A stretch of 62,510 bases of DNA, filler included, from Polymyxa betae A26-41 (lineage: Eukaryota > Protista > Endomyxa: Phytomyxea), in the NCBI GenBank assembly GCA_003693705.1. It is 4 parts of 4 records of this genome, joined end to end, with 100 filler letters (N's around TTAATTAATTAA, not from the genome) between each part and the next. Parts side by side here need not be neighbours in the genome. Positions count along the whole stretch, not along the records: positions 56,170 to 62,510 come from RBZT01000164.1; 3 more parts are not named here. One strand, given 5' to 3'. Under the pieces are notes generated by a model, which worked only from the letters and a program-made list of their open reading frames with translations, ran no database searches and had not been told where the DNA came from. Numbering within the stretch: position 1 is the stretch's first letter; each line of letters starts with the position of its first letter. The position numbers and the translations under genes were made by a program. Below are positions 59,021 to 62,510 of the stretch, one piece after another.

Positions 59021-59299
59021 GGCTGTTCGTGCCGTGGGCGCTGGAGTTTGAATTTAATTGGCCGCCGGTCTGGACAGTAATCTTCAATAGTTCTCTAAGA
59101 TGAGGTTTGTGAAGGGATATGGTCAAACGCTAATGCTGCAGGCCGATTCTGTTTCACTGATTTGCTTCCCGCTTCACCCGCAGCTACAGAAATGAATCAG
59201 TATAGATACAGGAATCAAGATCAGCATACCAAATTCGGAGATATGAGGGTATGGACTATTTGGAATGCCTCTTTGAATATCATATTGTCGTTTGGAATA

Positions 59300-60790
59300 T
59301 TGCTGGGAGAGTACGACATCATCAGTGCGTGCTGAGGTGGTACAGAGATGCCAGCTTGGAAATTGTGTTAATTTTGAAAAGTTTTCTCGGCATCCGTTCT
59401 TAACTTAAAAACAAAATCTTGCAAACTTGAATGGCGGTTACCCATTAGTCGATTTAGCCAGCGGTTGTAATTTTCCAATTGGTTATTAGTCCTGTTGGCC
59501 AAAGTTGAGTTTCCCTCCCTGATCCTGTTGATATTCCAGTCTCGCTGTGAATATTTACCTTCCCATGTTCGTTTTAAATTTTCAAAAAACTTATCAACGA
59601 TCTGCCCTTGCTCTTGATCCAGCTGTAATTTCGACCTTATAGAATAGCATCCACTGCTGTCAATTCTTCGTTAGGGATTAATGAGAGTGTGTAAAGCATA
59701 TCCCTGGACATCAATCTGCCGATAAGAGCATCATCCATTTTCAGTTTTCAGTTTCCAGCCGATTGTTTGCTTCCAGTGAAACGAACAGCCGATAATCGAA
59801 GTCGTGGGACAGATGATATCTTCAATGAACATGAAACTGAGATCTTGCCTAGAAAGGGCCTTTCCTTTCACTGCAGAAATTTTTCCTTTCTCGAAGTCGC
59901 AATACATAATTCCAGGCTGTAAGGAAACTCCAACCACTGTGCTGACCATGTTGAAACAAAAACGTCATAGGAATGCCGGTTTCCGGTAATTAACACAAAA
60001 ATTCCTTTATATATAAATCTGTAGGACAATCCCGAACCATAATGATTAGAAGCTGGCTAAGTGGTTTGGGTACCATTCGAAACCTGGTATCTATAGAGAT
60101 GTGGGCGATTGGAGTTTTCAAAGATTGCTGAGCGCAGGATGTCCCAAACTAGCAATTCGATGCTGTACAATGCGTTCAAAAGCTGGAATATTGAAAGACA
60201 GAAATGGCGCTTTTTCGTTATATAACAATGCCAAATCCCTATGCTCTATGTCGCGCAATCGGTCTGCACGCAATCCTCCATTCTTGACATATTGAACTCG
60301 GGCCATGGCTACCTTTTTTAATGGATAAGAATAGGACACTGTTGTATTTCGTTTATTGACATACCAGACTTGCTCCCAAATCTCAGTAGCCGACAGATGT
60401 CGCTGTGTTGCTGCCAGATTGTCAGTCACGGTCAGCATCTGCACACTTTACATCATTTTATCTGGGATTCGTTCAAAGTTGCTACCTCATCCTCGACATT
60501 GACCACATCGTCATTACCACCAAGGCAGTTGCGGTGTTCGGGAAGGCATCCGCTTATCAATGAGTTATTGGTTTTAACGGTAATGCTTGCAGGGCATCTT
60601 GGGTTCGCTTTTGCGTTATCCAATATTTGCTTCTTCGGAAGGATTTGGTTCCTGTTGAACCAGCTCGATTGTACACATATGCCTAAATATCGAAATTTAT
60701 CATCAGATTTGCAGAAGCAGGCATGTTAGCAGCAGAAGCCTCGTAGACTATCCAATTCAGAAGGCAGCAATTTGGGAATTGTATCCTAGC
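59300..60790 (-). pseudogene. Second MULE/Mutator transposase remnant
   Basis: SIDTRFRMVPKPLSQLLIIMV.D (~60040-60100), CDFEKG, IGCSFHWKQ and RTNNQLENYNR (~59460-59495). Multiple stops. Confidence 0.75.
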
Positions 60791-61085
60791 CCTCATTCGA
60801 ATTGTATAGAGAAGATATTCATCACAGCCTGGTGTTCAAAAAAAGATCAAGCTTAGTATTACAGAAAATGAGTTGTTAGGGTTAGGGTTTGATAGGTCAT
60901 TCCGTAGGCCAATTGGTGCCAGTAGGCCAATCTATAGGTCATTTGGCACTAACGGGTCAAATAAAGTAGGTCATTAACAACGCCGGGAAAAGTGCGCGCA
61001 GTAGCTCAATTCGTAATGTGAAGGTCAATCGAAAGTCAATTTTTTATTAACCATTCGCTGTCGTTATTCGCGGTCGCTCTTTACC

Positions 61086-61580
61086 ATGTCAACTAAAGGC
61101 ACGCTTTCCTCACAGCGTAAAGGCCAACGCAAACGCACCAGCATGGCCGAGTTTAATGACATGATCATTTTTCTCGAGATTTCTGAGAATTTTAAGTTAA
61201 TCACCGGCTCCGCATCAAAAGTCAAGCCAGCTGTTGCTGGTAAAACGTTTTCAAGGCTGCAGGCAACAAACCTTTAGCAGATTTGGTCAACAAATTCCTT
61301 GACTACAAAAAACGTTAAACCACACTCGATGCGAAAGGCCGCTATGAAAGCTATCTAAAGCTTTATAAAAACACAACAACGATTAGCGAACAAACTGGGT
61401 TCGGTTTAACAGAGGACGCTTTTCACAAGTATATTAAAACGATTGCAGAGAAAGTCGATATGATGTGCCATTATTTTAGCCGGATGCATTAATTTTTGGT
61501 GCTCGCCACAATGTTACTCCTACTGCAACCGCAGATATCGGCGTCCCTGCCGACTTTTTTAACAAACCGTCGACAAACTA
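61086..61580 (+). pseudogene. Degraded transposon accessory ORF (Myb/SANT-like, Harbinger-associated type)
   Basis: FLEISENFKLITG...AKGRYESYLKLYK...TGFGLTED...TIAEKVDMMCHYFSRM, with stops and frameshifts. Preceded by TAGGTCATT three times and GTAGGCCAAT twice at 60893-60975. Confidence 0.5.
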
Positions 61581-61667
61581 GCCATCTGAAAGCGGTGGAA
61601 ACAGGGAGGTGCGGGAAATTTCAAATAATATTTTGGAAGAATTTATTTGAATGTATTAAAAAGATTA

Positions 61668-62185
61668 TTAAATAAATGAAACAAACGTGTCCGTCTGCTT
61701 GACGGTGTATATTTTTTGGTAGGCCATCAGCTCAACGACCAATATTAGGGCACCATCGGGCGGTTTAATACCATCCTTAGTCCAGGTTGAGGTATCGGTC
61801 TGAACTGTGATGGGAAGCGATATTTCAATGCAGCCCTGTGGGGCTGCATCGACTCTGTCTCGAAAGTTTTCGAGCTCTGTCTGCAAGGCTATAAACTTCG
61901 GATGGTAGAGCTCCAGGGACTCCGATTTAACCCATTGCGTAAAAAGGTCCTCCATCATGTGTGTCACTTTTGGCCACTGGTATGTAATATCTGCGGAGCG
62001 GCCATCCGAGTTAAGGTTGAACTGCACAATACTGGATCCGGATGGGAGATGAATGAGAACAGACACCTTATCATTTTGCTAACTGGGTCGCGCCAAACAA
62101 CTGTAAGCAGTGCTTCATTCTTTCTTCTGATCCCGGGCTGAGATGCGCCTTCACAGTCATCAGCAACCGGGTCAAACTCGGACAA
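61668..62185 (-). CDS. Hypothetical protein, likely transposon-associated and frameshifted near 62070
   Basis: Coding-like ORF LIHLPSG...WP...EDLF...HPK..AL..ELE...P.G.I.I.LP..VQ in a TE-dense context. Confidence 0.35.
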
Positions 62186-62510
62186 TGATCGTTTGGATCC
62201 GCTGATTTCAGCGATATCCAGGCTGTCGAGGTCATCGGCTTGATCGTCAATGAATTTGGATTTTTTTGATGATTTTACTAAAAAAATGTTTTAATCATGA
62301 GAGAATACATTTTGTTATCTTACATGATCCACCCTCTTTTGCCTTGATTTTGTTGAAATGATTTCGAAACACATCAAGACGAAAAACTTGGAATTCTCTG
62401 TGCTCGTCGTACACGTCCGCTGGTTTTGCGTCTGGTTCAATTAATCCATCCTGAAACAATTTCACAAGCTTTTTATGCTCCGCACAGGGTGGGCTAGTCT
62501 TCCACTTTTT

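Overview
Eukaryotic nuclear DNA from a draft scaffold. It has about 50-nt GT-AG introns and three artificial 100-bp contig-join spacers containing TTAATTAATTAA. The organism is flagellated (DNAI7/CASC1 present); the style suggests a compact protist genome, possibly a plasmodiophorid (inference only). The window has three zones. (1) 1-22.8 kb is a nested transposon graveyard: an AT-rich hairpin-ended element cutting a Ty3/gypsy gag-protease; a TTAA-flanked piggyBac-like element whose transposase carries a SAP + YqaJ/lambda-exonuclease module inside the DDD core; a PIF/Harbinger interrupted by a hAT derivative, which holds a Copia with 85/88-bp LTRs, which holds a solo LTR and a MITE; then CACTA and pogo remnants and an AT-rich virus-like repeat ORF. 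(2) 25.8-53 kb is a gene-rich core: Cys-rich surface protein, ankyrin-like protein, MLKL-like 4-helix-bundle non-RD kinase, CaaX-ended vWA protein, CAP/PR-1 protein, membrane proteins, DNAI7, ER-type cyclophilin, RAD17, a thiamine-pyrophosphate-type mitochondrial carrier with a signal-peptide-like extension, and an orphan ORF. (3) 53.8-62.5 kb is a second TE cluster: a Mutator-like transposase with a USP-type protease, a hAT with both TIRs and a perfect 8-bp TSD, a second MULE and a Harbinger-type accessory ORF. No rRNA, tRNA or CRISPR array was recognised. All domain calls are motif recognition by eye, not database searches.
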